Source of the DNA: Thermoplasmata archaeon
Lineage (GTDB): Archaea > Thermoplasmatota > Thermoplasmata > Thermoplasmatales > ARK-15
Assembly: GCA_023261755.1 (NCBI GenBank)
Contig: JAGDXS010000026.1
Location: 22,015 to 86,014 of the forward strand
Direction: 5' to 3'
DNA: 64,000 nt
The position numbers and the translations under genes were made by a program. This document shows, piece after piece, positions 39,463 to 48,658 of the stretch. The notes under the pieces were generated by a model. The model was not told the DNA's origin, ran no database searches, and saw nothing but the letters and a program-made list of their open reading frames with translations. Within the stretch, counting starts at the first letter, position 1, and each line of letters begins with the position of its first letter.

Positions 39463-39560
39463 AAAATAGTCATCTCTTCATTCGCCTCAAAGCCTCATCG
39501 AATTTTTCAATTTGATGAATATTGAGATTGAGAGTCATAATGATCAGGGATGACTATTTT
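39463..39560 (-). promoter_or_regulatory. Long hairpin in the predicted dnaG 5'UTR
   Basis: 12-bp perfect inverted repeat (39463-39474 / 39549-39560) enclosing an inner stem capped by a GAAA tetraloop (39495-39518). Confidence 0.55.
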
Positions 39561-39589
39561 AAAGTTTCAATTTCCTAAATTTTCAATAC

Positions 39590-39606
39590 TTTATAAATCT
39601 TTCTAA
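39590..39606 (-). promoter_or_regulatory. BRE/TATA promoter candidate for dnaG
   Basis: AGAAAGAT-TTATAAA on the minus strand; predicted start site near 39565. Confidence 0.5.
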
Positions 39607-39653
39607 AAAATTTTGAAAAATGTTTATATTTTTCTTCTATTAATAAGAAATGG

Positions 39654-42149
39654 ATGCTTAAATTAATATTTCAAGACCCGGCTAAATTTTTAATAAATAA
39701 TTATAAAAATTACGATGCAATAATCCTTCCAGATCAAATATTGAAGAGGAACTTGGAAATTTATTTTAATAAAAGTAATAATGAAGATATTCCAGATAAT
39801 ATATTTACAATTTTTTCCCTTGCCAAAGAAATAAGCGGAAAAAATTTAATTTTATTGCCTAGATTTCTTGAGAGGGAATTAGCTCATTTGTCATTAAAGG
39901 ATATTAATTATTATAGAGATCTCCATGATAATGAGCATTTTATCACTGATCTACTTAATGAATATTGGGAAATAAAAGAAAATATTTTGGCAGGTAAGGA
40001 AATTAATGATAATTCAAAATTCTTTGAAGCATTTGATAGAAATTTTTCATGTTATTTAAAAAAATTGAAGGAAGGAATAATAATAGAAAATAATATTTAT
40101 TATATCTATCCGAAAGAAGAGGTTATTTTTCTTTTAATAGATAACCTAAAAGAAAAATTAAAGAATATCATTTTTTGCTGTTTTTATTACGTAAATCCAA
40201 CATTAAAGAAATTTATTGATGATTTTAAAAATGATCTGGAAATTTCTTTTTTAATAGAACCTATGTTCATGGAACCCGCAAAAGATCTATTGAATAGGTT
40301 AGAACCATTGGATTTGGAAAAAAGGGAAATGGAAATGCCTAAAAATGTTAAAGTAATAGCCTTGCCAGATCAAAGAAGAGAAATAAAATATATAGCAAAT
40401 TATATTTTGGAACAAACTTATAATGGTTATTCTTATTCAGATTTCATTGTAGCTTTTCCTAATGTAAAGGAATATGAACAATATGTGGATGAAATTTTTA
40501 ATCTATATAAGATACCATATTTCCTTGAATCAAGGAAAAAAATTATAGAATTACCTCTATCAAGCATTTTAATTGATAAATTAAAGGATAAAAATTTTGA
40601 ATCCATAGAGAATTTTATAAATGCCCTTCTTGTTGAATTTAACAATACAATTGATTCTGAAACATCTGAAAATTTAATTAACGTTGGTAAAGTCTTCAAA
40701 TCAATCAAAGAATTTAAAAATGAGATGATTATATTAGAAAAATACTTTAAACTGAAATTAAATTATATTGAAAGTTTTAAATCATTTATATCTATATATA
40801 ATTTTGGACAAAATATAGAAAATTTAAATGCCGTTCAGATAATAGATCTAGGTAATATATCTTTTAGAAAATCAAAAAATATAATAATAGGAGGATTAAA
40901 CGAAAACAATTTTCCTCAATTCTATAGAAACAAAATAATTTTTCCAGAAATTTATTCTCTAAAAAAAATATATTTTAGAACAATGGAATTGCATAAGAAT
41001 ATTGATCTTTATAGAATAGGTTCTATATTCTCTTATGGCCAAGTATTTTTATTCACTTATCCATATTTAGATTTAGAAGGAAAAAGATACTTAGAATCTT
41101 ATTTTATAAGAAAAATGGAAAATGAGCTTGGAATAAAATTTGAAAGGGAAAATGAATCAGCATCATCATTAATCTATGGTAAAGTATTGTTTCATGAAAA
41201 AGACTTAATGATTAATAATGCAATATATAATAATATTAAAAATCAAAATGAATATAATTTAGAGTGTAATCAGGAATTAAAAAATTTAGTATCTAAAATT
41301 GATCTCACACCTACTCATATAACTACATATAACACTTGTCCAAGAAAATTTTATTATAGATATGTTTTAAAATTAGAGATTCCTGTAAAAATCTTTTCTC
41401 CTACTTATATGGGAACTATAGTTCATGATGTTCTAAAAAAATTTTATGAAAAGTATGATAATCTATTGGAATTGAATGATTTGGTACAAAATAATGAAAT
41501 AAGGTTAAAAAATATTATAGATCAGATAATTGGATCAATTGAAATGGATCAGAAAATTAATGAAGAATTTAAAATACATCTGGAGGCTATAAAAAGATAT
41601 GTAATAAGAGCAATAAAGAATGATTTAAGCATAGATTATTCTAGAAAAGTAATAGCTAGAGAAAAAGAATTTAATCTTGAAATTTCCGGAAGATTGATAA
41701 AAGGAAGGATAGATAGAATTGATAAACTTGGAAATGCCTACGTTTTAATGGATTATAAATACTCATCCATATCCCATGTAAGAGATCTATTTATACAAAA
41801 TGAAGAAGATATAAAACCTGAAAAAGATCTTAGTCTTCCAATATATATGATGTGGCTAGAGAAAAATTATTCACCAGAATCATTTGTAGCATTTTATTTT
41901 CCAATAAGAGCTAGATTAAAAAAACAAAAAAAATGGTTATACCTGTACACAAAAAATTTCAGGTCCACTTCAAAGGGTTGGACTTACTATGTTAAAAATA
42001 ATGTATGGAATGAAAAATTTAAAAGGGTGATCACAGATAAGATTTTAGACATAATTGATGGAATCAAAAATTGTGAATTTCCCATAATTGAAAATGAATC
42101 CATATGTAGACAGTGTGAATTCAGATATATATGTAAAGGTGATTTATGA
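39654..42149 (+). CDS. AddB/RexB-like subunit: inactive helicase scaffold + PD-(D/E)XK nuclease with 4-Cys motif
   Basis: REIKYIA..I, IIGGLNE..FP, FTYP, then TP T..TTY.TCPRKFY, GRIDRID, MDYK, CRQCEFRYIC. No Walker A. Confidence 0.8.
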   Translation: MLKLIFQDPAKFLINNYKNYDAIILPDQILKRNLEIYFNKSNNEDIPDNIFTIFSLAKEISGKNLILLPRFLERELAHLSLKDINYYRDLHDNEHFITDLLNEYWEIKENILAGKEINDNSKFFEAFDRNFSCYLKKLKEGIIIENNIYYIYPKEEVIFLLIDNLKEKLKNIIFCCFYYVNPTLKKFIDDFKNDLEISFLIEPMFMEPAKDLLNRLEPLDLEKREMEMPKNVKVIALPDQRREIKYIANYILEQTYNGYSYSDFIVAFPNVKEYEQYVDEIFNLYKIPYFLESRKKIIELPLSSILIDKLKDKNFESIENFINALLVEFNNTIDSETSENLINVGKVFKSIKEFKNEMIILEKYFKLKLNYIESFKSFISIYNFGQNIENLNAVQIIDLGNISFRKSKNIIIGGLNENNFPQFYRNKIIFPEIYSLKKIYFRTMELHKNIDLYRIGSIFSYGQVFLFTYPYLDLEGKRYLESYFIRKMENELGIKFERENESASSLIYGKVLFHEKDLMINNAIYNNIKNQNEYNLECNQELKNLVSKIDLTPTHITTYNTCPRKFYYRYVLKLEIPVKIFSPTYMGTIVHDVLKKFYEKYDNLLELNDLVQNNEIRLKNIIDQIIGSIEMDQKINEEFKIHLEAIKRYVIRAIKNDLSIDYSRKVIAREKEFNLEISGRLIKGRIDRIDKLGNAYVLMDYKYSSISHVRDLFIQNEEDIKPEKDLSLPIYMMWLEKNYSPESFVAFYFPIRARLKKQKKWLYLYTKNFRSTSKGWTYYVKNNVWNEKFKRVITDKILDIIDGIKNCEFPIIENESICRQCEFRYICKGDL

Positions 42150-44971
42150 TGGACTGTGAAAAATTAACAGAGAGACAGAAGGAACTGGTAAAAAATGCAA
42201 AAATTAGGGATATATCAGCTTTTGCTGTTGCAGGTTCTGGTAAAACTACTGTTCTTGTTTGTGCATATATGGAAATTATTGATGAATTAATTAAAAAGTT
42301 TGGTTCAATATCAGAAGCCCTTGATAGAGTTCTAGTGATTACTTTTACAGATGATGCGGCAACAGAAATAAGAGAAAGAATAAGAAAAAAGTTGGAGGAA
42401 AGATACGATTACATTGGCGATCTTAATTATATATCTACCATACACAGCTTTGCAAATAAAATATTAAAAAATGCATCTGTTAAATTGAATATTGATCCAG
42501 ATTATAAAGCAGGTGACGAATATTTAAACATGGAGCTGAAAATTTCTACTTTTAAAGAAATTATAAAAAATTCAGAAGAAATGGATAAGTTAATGGAATA
42601 TTTCAATCCTGTGAAAATTGGAAGGAATGATCTTTCTATTGGTGATATCATTTTTATTCTTTATGATAAAATGAAAGCAATGGGTTGGGATTTTTCATAT
42701 ACAATCTTAAAAATTAAGGAAACATTAAAAAATTATGAAGATGAAGAAGAAGCAAAAAAATTAATAATAGAACCTCTCATAAAAATTTTTGATGTATTCT
42801 ATCATAATATAGAAAGTAAGAAAAAAAGATTGGGTATACTATCATATGATGATATTTTGTATTATGCCTTTCTAGCTCTAAAAAACAATCTTTCATATGA
42901 TTATAAAAATTTTGAATATGTGATTGTGGATGAATATCAAGATACTAGTTATATACAGCAGGAAATTATAAATAGAATTGCTGAAAATTCAAAAAAAATA
43001 TATGCGGGAGATTTTTTCCAAAGCATATATGAATGGCGTGACGCTATACCCAGAGAAGCATTAAAAAATGTAAATTCTGGAAATTTTATTTCTATTGAGA
43101 TGAATGAAAATTTTAGATCAATTCCTGAAATTATTGATTTTATTAATTCTTTATTCTCAAAAATTTTCCATGAAAATATAGAATCTATTAATTATATAAA
43201 TATAAAAGCAATCGAAAATCCATTCGATGAGGGTGGTGTTTTTATATTTAAAGGTGAAGCTTTAAATGCTGATGAAAGGCATAAGATTGAAGCTGAAAAT
43301 TTTGCAATTGCAATATTAAATCTTTTGAAAAAAGGAAAAGTGCGTGAAAAGGATGGAACAATAAGGAAAGTGAATATGGGAGACATTGCTATACTATTCA
43401 GATCTAAAGCACATATGAAAATTTATTCAGAGGCATTAAGGAAATATGGAATTAAATATACATTCATAGATAAAGAAAATTTTTTTCAAACAACAGAAAT
43501 AAAAATTATTTTGGATCTTTTTAACGTTTTAAATGAAAATAGATGGCAAAATACGAATGATTACGAAGTGGCTGAAATTCTTAGATATGCTTACAATTTT
43601 TCATTTTCAAATAAAGACAGTGACAAAATTAAAAAATATATAAGCGATATGAATGATATCTCAAAAATACTTTTAGGCAAAAAAGATAAAATAGTTCTTG
43701 AATTTTTGAAAATAACTAATTTTGATGTACTAGTTTTAAATGATTACAATGGTATTCAGAAATATCTTAACATATACAGATTCATCGATCTCATAAGGGA
43801 AATAGAAGATGAAAAAATACTTTCAATGAAAGAATTCGTTGATATTTTAAACGGTATAATTGAGAATGAGAAGGTATCATCACTTCCTTTATTCGATCTT
43901 AAAGAAAATAGTGTTAGATTATTAAGTATACATGCCAGTAAAGGGCTGGAATTTCCAGTAGTATTTGTGGCGGACTTGCAATCTAATTTCAGAAGAAATT
44001 CAGATAAATTGTATTTGGATAGAGAAATAGGTATATTCATAGATGTAGAGGAATTAATAAATGAGAAGTTAAGCAGGAAATTAGAACAGGAAATACAAAA
44101 AAAGAGATTGCAAGAAAATCTTAGGATTTTATATGTAGCTTTTACAAGAGCAAAACAATATTTATTATTTTCCCTACCTGAAAACTATAATTTAAGTGAG
44201 AAAAGTTTTTCTGATTTTATTTTAAAAAATATAAATAAGAAGGATCTTGATCATTATAAAAATCGCGCTTTATCATTAATGGAAAAAATTGATTATAAAC
44301 CAAAAATACAAGAATCGAATGATTACTTAATTCTTCCAATTAAAAAAATGGAAAGAAAGTTACCATATATTAGTGCAACAGACATTAAAGACTTTTTATT
44401 TTGTCCAAGATATTATCATATTAAAAAAAGGTATGGAAATCTGTTGGAAGGTGAGAATGTTTCATATGGTGCATCTTTCCATAAATTTATGGAAAATTTA
44501 GATCAGGAGGATGATATCCCAGATATTTTCTCCAATTATGTTAATTTTATTAAAAATCACGAAATATGGAATGAAATTCATGCAGATGGAAATAAAATAT
44601 ACAAGGAACTAGAAATAAGGGTCAAAATTGGGCATACAATATTAATATCAGTCCTAGATTTATTATCTTTTGGTGAAAATTCTATAATATTGGATTATAA
44701 AACAGGTTCCTTTAATGAATTTGATAAATTACAGATGGATGTATACGCTTATGCATTTTATAAAAAATTTAATTCAATTCCTAAAAAAATAGCAGTTGTA
44801 TATTTGAAGGAAAACAAAATAATCGAATTTTATTATTCTAAAGATGATATTCTTAGAACAGAAAGAATGATATTCAAAATTATAAGGGATATAGAAGCTG
44901 AAAATTTTGACATGAATTTAGGAAATTGTAATAAATGTAATTTAATGAATTTATGCAAAAAACAAAATTAA
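42146..44971 (+). CDS. AddA/UvrD-like SF1A helicase + PD-(D/E)XK nuclease with 4-Cys motif
   Basis: AVAGSGKT, VITFTDDAA.EIRERI, STIHSF, VDEYQDTS..Q, GDFFQSIY.WR, ENFRS, SIHASKGLEFPVVF, LYVAFTRAK; FCPRYY, LDYKTG, QMDVY, CNKCNLMNLC. Confidence 0.88.
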   Translation: MMDCEKLTERQKELVKNAKIRDISAFAVAGSGKTTVLVCAYMEIIDELIKKFGSISEALDRVLVITFTDDAATEIRERIRKKLEERYDYIGDLNYISTIHSFANKILKNASVKLNIDPDYKAGDEYLNMELKISTFKEIIKNSEEMDKLMEYFNPVKIGRNDLSIGDIIFILYDKMKAMGWDFSYTILKIKETLKNYEDEEEAKKLIIEPLIKIFDVFYHNIESKKKRLGILSYDDILYYAFLALKNNLSYDYKNFEYVIVDEYQDTSYIQQEIINRIAENSKKIYAGDFFQSIYEWRDAIPREALKNVNSGNFISIEMNENFRSIPEIIDFINSLFSKIFHENIESINYINIKAIENPFDEGGVFIFKGEALNADERHKIEAENFAIAILNLLKKGKVREKDGTIRKVNMGDIAILFRSKAHMKIYSEALRKYGIKYTFIDKENFFQTTEIKIILDLFNVLNENRWQNTNDYEVAEILRYAYNFSFSNKDSDKIKKYISDMNDISKILLGKKDKIVLEFLKITNFDVLVLNDYNGIQKYLNIYRFIDLIREIEDEKILSMKEFVDILNGIIENEKVSSLPLFDLKENSVRLLSIHASKGLEFPVVFVADLQSNFRRNSDKLYLDREIGIFIDVEELINEKLSRKLEQEIQKKRLQENLRILYVAFTRAKQYLLFSLPENYNLSEKSFSDFILKNINKKDLDHYKNRALSLMEKIDYKPKIQESNDYLILPIKKMERKLPYISATDIKDFLFCPRYYHIKKRYGNLLEGENVSYGASFHKFMENLDQEDDIPDIFSNYVNFIKNHEIWNEIHADGNKIYKELEIRVKIGHTILISVLDLLSFGENSIILDYKTGSFNEFDKLQMDVYAYAFYKKFNSIPKKIAVVYLKENKIIEFYYSKDDILRTERMIFKIIRDIEAENFDMNLGNCNKCNLMNLCKKQN

Positions 44972-44997
44972 ATACATGTTTACATATACCGAGTTGA

Positions 44998-45082
44998 GCG
45001 GAGGTTGTCGAGACTGGTCAAAGGCGCCAGATTGAGGGTCTGGTTCCGCAGGGATGCGAGGGTTCAAATCCCTCCCTCCGCA
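44998..45082 (+). tRNA. tRNA-Leu (anticodon GAG), long variable arm, no encoded CCA, no intron
   Basis: Acceptor stem GCGGAGG/CCTCCGC, anticodon arm CCAGA-TTGAGGG-TCTGG, T-loop GGTTCAAATCC. Confidence 0.96.
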
Positions 45083-45125
45083 CTTCGGTGACTTTTAAAA
45101 AATTAATTTAATAATTAAGAATTAA

Positions 45126-45488
45126 TCATTTAAATATAACATTTATTGTGATATTTGAATTGATTATTATAGTACCATTACTTGGAACAGGTATTAAACC
45201 TTTTATTTCAGGAATTGAAAAATTGTAAGTTCCATTTGATACTTGAAAAACTATAGTATCCGTTGATGAATTTTCTGTCAAATTATTGAGACTAACTTTC
45301 CATATAGTATTGTTAGGTAATCCATATTCTTTAAATGTTACTTGGTATGTATTTGTATAATAAGGATTAACTTCGCTTAATAAATTAAATGAAATAAAAA
45401 AGACGAGCATTGAAGAAATTAAAGATACTATAACTATAATGAATGAAAATTTCCATACATTATTCTCTCTTTCTAACAATTTTTTCAT
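45126..45488 (-). CDS. Membrane-anchored protein with a single thermopsin-type beta module
   Basis: N-terminal TM helix, then YQVTFKEYGLPNNTIWKVSLNN...NGTYNFSI, with many N-x-S/T sequons. Confidence 0.7.
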   Translation of the reverse strand: MKKLLERENNVWKFSFIIVIVSLISSMLVFFISFNLLSEVNPYYTNTYQVTFKEYGLPNNTIWKVSLNNLTENSSTDTIVFQVSNGTYNFSIPEIKGLIPVPSNGTIIINSNITINVIFK

Positions 45489-45598
45489 AAAAACTTTTCA
45501 ATCAGTTTATGTATAAAAATTTATTTGTACAAATTCTTGAATAAATTGTAAAATCATGAAAAAATTATATATAGTATGATTGTTTATTATGAAATGGA

Positions 45599-45886
45599 AT
45601 GAAAAAGAGTAGTACCGGTCTTCCGAAAGAATTGACAAATTTTGATGAACTGGCAACGCAGCAAGTTTTAAAAGTTTACACAGATCGAAGAAGATATGGA
45701 AAAACAATGACAATTATTGAAGGTTTTGATTCTTCAGTGGATCTTAAAGAGCTTGCAAAGGAATTGAAACATAGTGTAGCTGCGGGGGGAACCTTTAAGG
45801 ATGAGAGAATAGAGCTTCAAGGTGACCATAGGGAAAAGGTGAAAAAAATACTTCAAGAGATGGGGTTCATAGTAGAGGATAAGTAA
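45599..45886 (+). CDS. sui1: Translation initiation factor aIF1 (SUI1)
   Basis: RRYGKTMTIIEG, LAKELK..VAAGGT, IELQGDHR. Confidence 0.93.
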   Translation: MKKSSTGLPKELTNFDELATQQVLKVYTDRRRYGKTMTIIEGFDSSVDLKELAKELKHSVAAGGTFKDERIELQGDHREKVKKILQEMGFIVEDK

Positions 45887-45981
45887 ATTTTTAATTTAAT
45901 AGTCAAATGTCGAATATAAGCTTTAACAATAGGTAAACTTATATACTATTGTTTTTTTTCATTCACTAGAAGGTGAATTTA

Positions 45982-47022
45982 ATGGTAGGTATAGTAACCT
46001 ATGGATCTTACATCCCAAGATATAGAATAAAGGTAGAAGAAATTGCAAGGGTGTGGGGTGAGGATCCTGAAGACATAAAGAATGGCTTGTATATTTATAG
46101 CAAGAGCGTTCCAGGCCCGGATGAAGATACAGCGACAATTTCGGTGGAAGCATTAAGAAATGCTATGGCAAGAAAAAGACCTATTGGTGTTGGTGCTGTT
46201 TATGTGGGCTCAGAATCACATCCATATGCTGTTAAACCCACAGCAACAATTGTAGCAGAAGCTGCAGGACTTGCACCTGAAGTTACTGCCGCTGACTATG
46301 AGTTTGCTTGTAAAGCTGGTACAGCAGCAATGCAAACCGTTATGGGCATGGTAAAAAGTGGAATGATAAGAGAAGGTGTAGCGATCGGGGCTGATACTAG
46401 CCAAGGTGCGCCAGGTGATGCATTAGAATTTTCAGCTGCCGCAGGAGGTACAGCCTTTGTGATAGGTAATGAAAACGTAATTGCTGAAATTAAGGCAACT
46501 TATTCAATTACAACAGATACACCAGATTTTTGGAGGAGAGAAGGTCAGGATTATCCAAGACATGGTGGAAGATTTACAGGTGAGCCAGCATATTTCAGGC
46601 ATGTTTTAGACACATCGAGAAAAATAATGGAAATAATGAAAACAAAACCTGAGGATTATACTTATGCCGTATTCCATCAACCTAATGGTAAATTTCCATC
46701 CAGAGCAGCGAAAATATTAGGCTTTAAAGAATCACAAATTAAACAAGGTCTAATTGTTCCATATATAGGAAATACCTATTCGGGTTCTATGATAACTGGT
46801 TTATCTGCTATCCTTGATATAAGCAAACCTGGAGATAGAATTTTAGCCGTTTCATTTGGTTCTGGTGCAGGAAGCGATGCATTTCATATAGAAATAACAA
46901 ATGAAATGGAAAACTTCAGGAGGGAGAATGCACCTGCAGTATGGAATCAGATTGAAAGGGCCAAATACATAGATTATGCATACTATGCTAAATTCAAGAA
47001 AAAGATAAAAATGGGTGAGTAA
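45982..47022 (+). CDS. Hydroxymethylglutaryl-CoA synthase (archaeal)
   Basis: [30 protein letters not shown] (catalytic Cys), [24 protein letters not shown]. Confidence 0.95.
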   Translation: MVGIVTYGSYIPRYRIKVEEIARVWGEDPEDIKNGLYIYSKSVPGPDEDTATISVEALRNAMARKRPIGVGAVYVGSESHPYAVKPTATIVAEAAGLAPEVTAADYEFACKAGTAAMQTVMGMVKSGMIREGVAIGADTSQGAPGDALEFSAAAGGTAFVIGNENVIAEIKATYSITTDTPDFWRREGQDYPRHGGRFTGEPAYFRHVLDTSRKIMEIMKTKPEDYTYAVFHQPNGKFPSRAAKILGFKESQIKQGLIVPYIGNTYSGSMITGLSAILDISKPGDRILAVSFGSGAGSDAFHIEITNEMENFRRENAPAVWNQIERAKYIDYAYYAKFKKKIKMGE

Positions 47023-47023
47023 G

Positions 47024-48196
47024 ATGAGAGACGTTGTTATTGTTGGTGTTGGTCAAACCAAATATGGAGAACATTGGGAAAAATCATTAAGGTCTCTTGT
47101 TGTTGAAGCAGGTTTAAGGGCAATTGAGGATGCGGGAATATATTCTAAGGATATTGAAGCAATTTATGGAGGAAATATGAGTGCTGGTTCTACAACTTTT
47201 CAAGATCATATAGGTCCTTTGATAGCTGATTTTACCGGTTTAGCAATAAATAAGATTCCTGCATTAAGGATAGAAAATGGAAGTGCTAGTGGTGCTGCAG
47301 CTTTTCATGAAGGATTTGCAGCAGTAGCATCCGGTTTGTATGATACAGTGCTTGTAGGTGGAGTTGAAAAATTGACTGATGTCTCTATGGAAGAAGTGAC
47401 TGAAGTTCTTTCTGGTGAAGTAGATAGGGAATGGGAACTTTTTAATGGAGCAACCTTGGCCTCTCTGGCAGCATTAATAGCAAGAAGATACATGCTTGAT
47501 TACAATGTTAAAAGGGAGCAAATTGCATTAATGCCGGTACTATCCCATAAGCATGGGTCATTAAACCCATATGCACAGTTTAAAAATACGTTGAAAGTAG
47601 AGGATGTTTTGAATTCAACTATGGTTGCTGATCCGCTTACAATGCTTGATTGCGCCCCAGTTTCAGATGGTGCCTCTGCAGTAATTTTAACTACCATAGA
47701 GAATGCAAAAAAATGGAAAAAGGATAGTATTGTTAAAGTTAAAGCATCTTCAGTGGCATCAGATTATATTGCATTGCAAAGTAGGGAAAACATTACAAGA
47801 TTTGATTCAGTGATAGAAGCATCAAGGAAAGCATACAAAATGGCAAAATTGGAACCAAAAGATATTTCATTTGTTGAAATTCATGATGCATATTCCATAT
47901 TTGGATTAATATCATTGGAGGATCTTGGATTTTTTGAAAAAGGAAAAGCAGGAAAATATCTTGAAGAAGGATATGGAAATCTTGATAGTAAATTGCCAAT
48001 TAATCCATCTGGTGGTTTAAAGGCAAAAGGACACCCTGTTGGTGCAACTGGTGTTGGACAGATTGTAGAATCAATATTACAATTAAGGAAGGAAGCTGAA
48101 AAGAGACAGGTTTCAGATCCTAAGAATGCACTTACTCTTAATATGGGTGGTTCGGGAGGTTCAGCGATAGTTCATATCTTGGAGGTGGTAAAATGA
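47024..48196 (+). CDS. Thiolase-family protein (acetoacetyl-CoA thiolase position) lacking both canonical catalytic Cys
   Basis: VGGVEK, DCAPVSDGA, INPSGGLKAKGHPVGATG; ENGSASG replaces ExACASG and HDAY replaces HDCF. Confidence 0.88.
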   Translation: MRDVVIVGVGQTKYGEHWEKSLRSLVVEAGLRAIEDAGIYSKDIEAIYGGNMSAGSTTFQDHIGPLIADFTGLAINKIPALRIENGSASGAAAFHEGFAAVASGLYDTVLVGGVEKLTDVSMEEVTEVLSGEVDREWELFNGATLASLAALIARRYMLDYNVKREQIALMPVLSHKHGSLNPYAQFKNTLKVEDVLNSTMVADPLTMLDCAPVSDGASAVILTTIENAKKWKKDSIVKVKASSVASDYIALQSRENITRFDSVIEASRKAYKMAKLEPKDISFVEIHDAYSIFGLISLEDLGFFEKGKAGKYLEEGYGNLDSKLPINPSGGLKAKGHPVGATGVGQIVESILQLRKEAEKRQVSDPKNALTLNMGGSGGSAIVHILEVVK

Positions 48197-48591
48197 CAAT
48201 ACCAAGGTTTTGGAGAGAATTTGAACATAGATACAGGCTAGTTGGAACAAAATGTCCATCCTGTGGAAGGGTATATTTCCCTCCAAGGGATGTTTGCCCT
48301 TATTGCCACAGAGAATCTGTGGGAAAAATGAAAAAGTATGAACTAAAACCTACAGGAAAAATTTATTCCTATACAGTGGTTCACCAAGATGTACCAGATT
48401 TTAAGTTCATTAAGCCATATATTATGGTACTGGTGGAGATGGATGATGGCCCCAAAATAACTGGACAACTTACTGATATAGAACCAGAAGAAGTGAAAAT
48501 AGGAATGCCTGTGAAAGCTGTTTTCAGGAGGATCAGGGAGGAAAGCGCTTCAGGAATAATTGAATACGGGTACAAATTTGTACCCCTTTAA
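48193..48591 (+). CDS. DUF35 Zn-ribbon/OB-fold scaffold of the thiolase-HMGS complex
   Basis: CPSCGRVYFPPRDVCPYC, G.IYSYTVV, VKIGMPV.AVFRR, YGYKF. Confidence 0.93.
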   Translation: MTIPRFWREFEHRYRLVGTKCPSCGRVYFPPRDVCPYCHRESVGKMKKYELKPTGKIYSYTVVHQDVPDFKFIKPYIMVLVEMDDGPKITGQLTDIEPEEVKIGMPVKAVFRRIREESASGIIEYGYKFVPL

Positions 48592-48658
48592 ATTTTTATA
48601 ATAATCTTAAAAAATTCTAATCTATAAATTTTTATAACTGAAATTATTTTTTTAATTA

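Noticed and set aside
39463-39560. C/D-box sRNA or MITE reading of the dnaG upstream hairpin
   Set aside because: There is no properly placed RUGAUGA/CUGA pair, no target-site duplication and no second copy in the window. It is kept as a 5'UTR structure instead.
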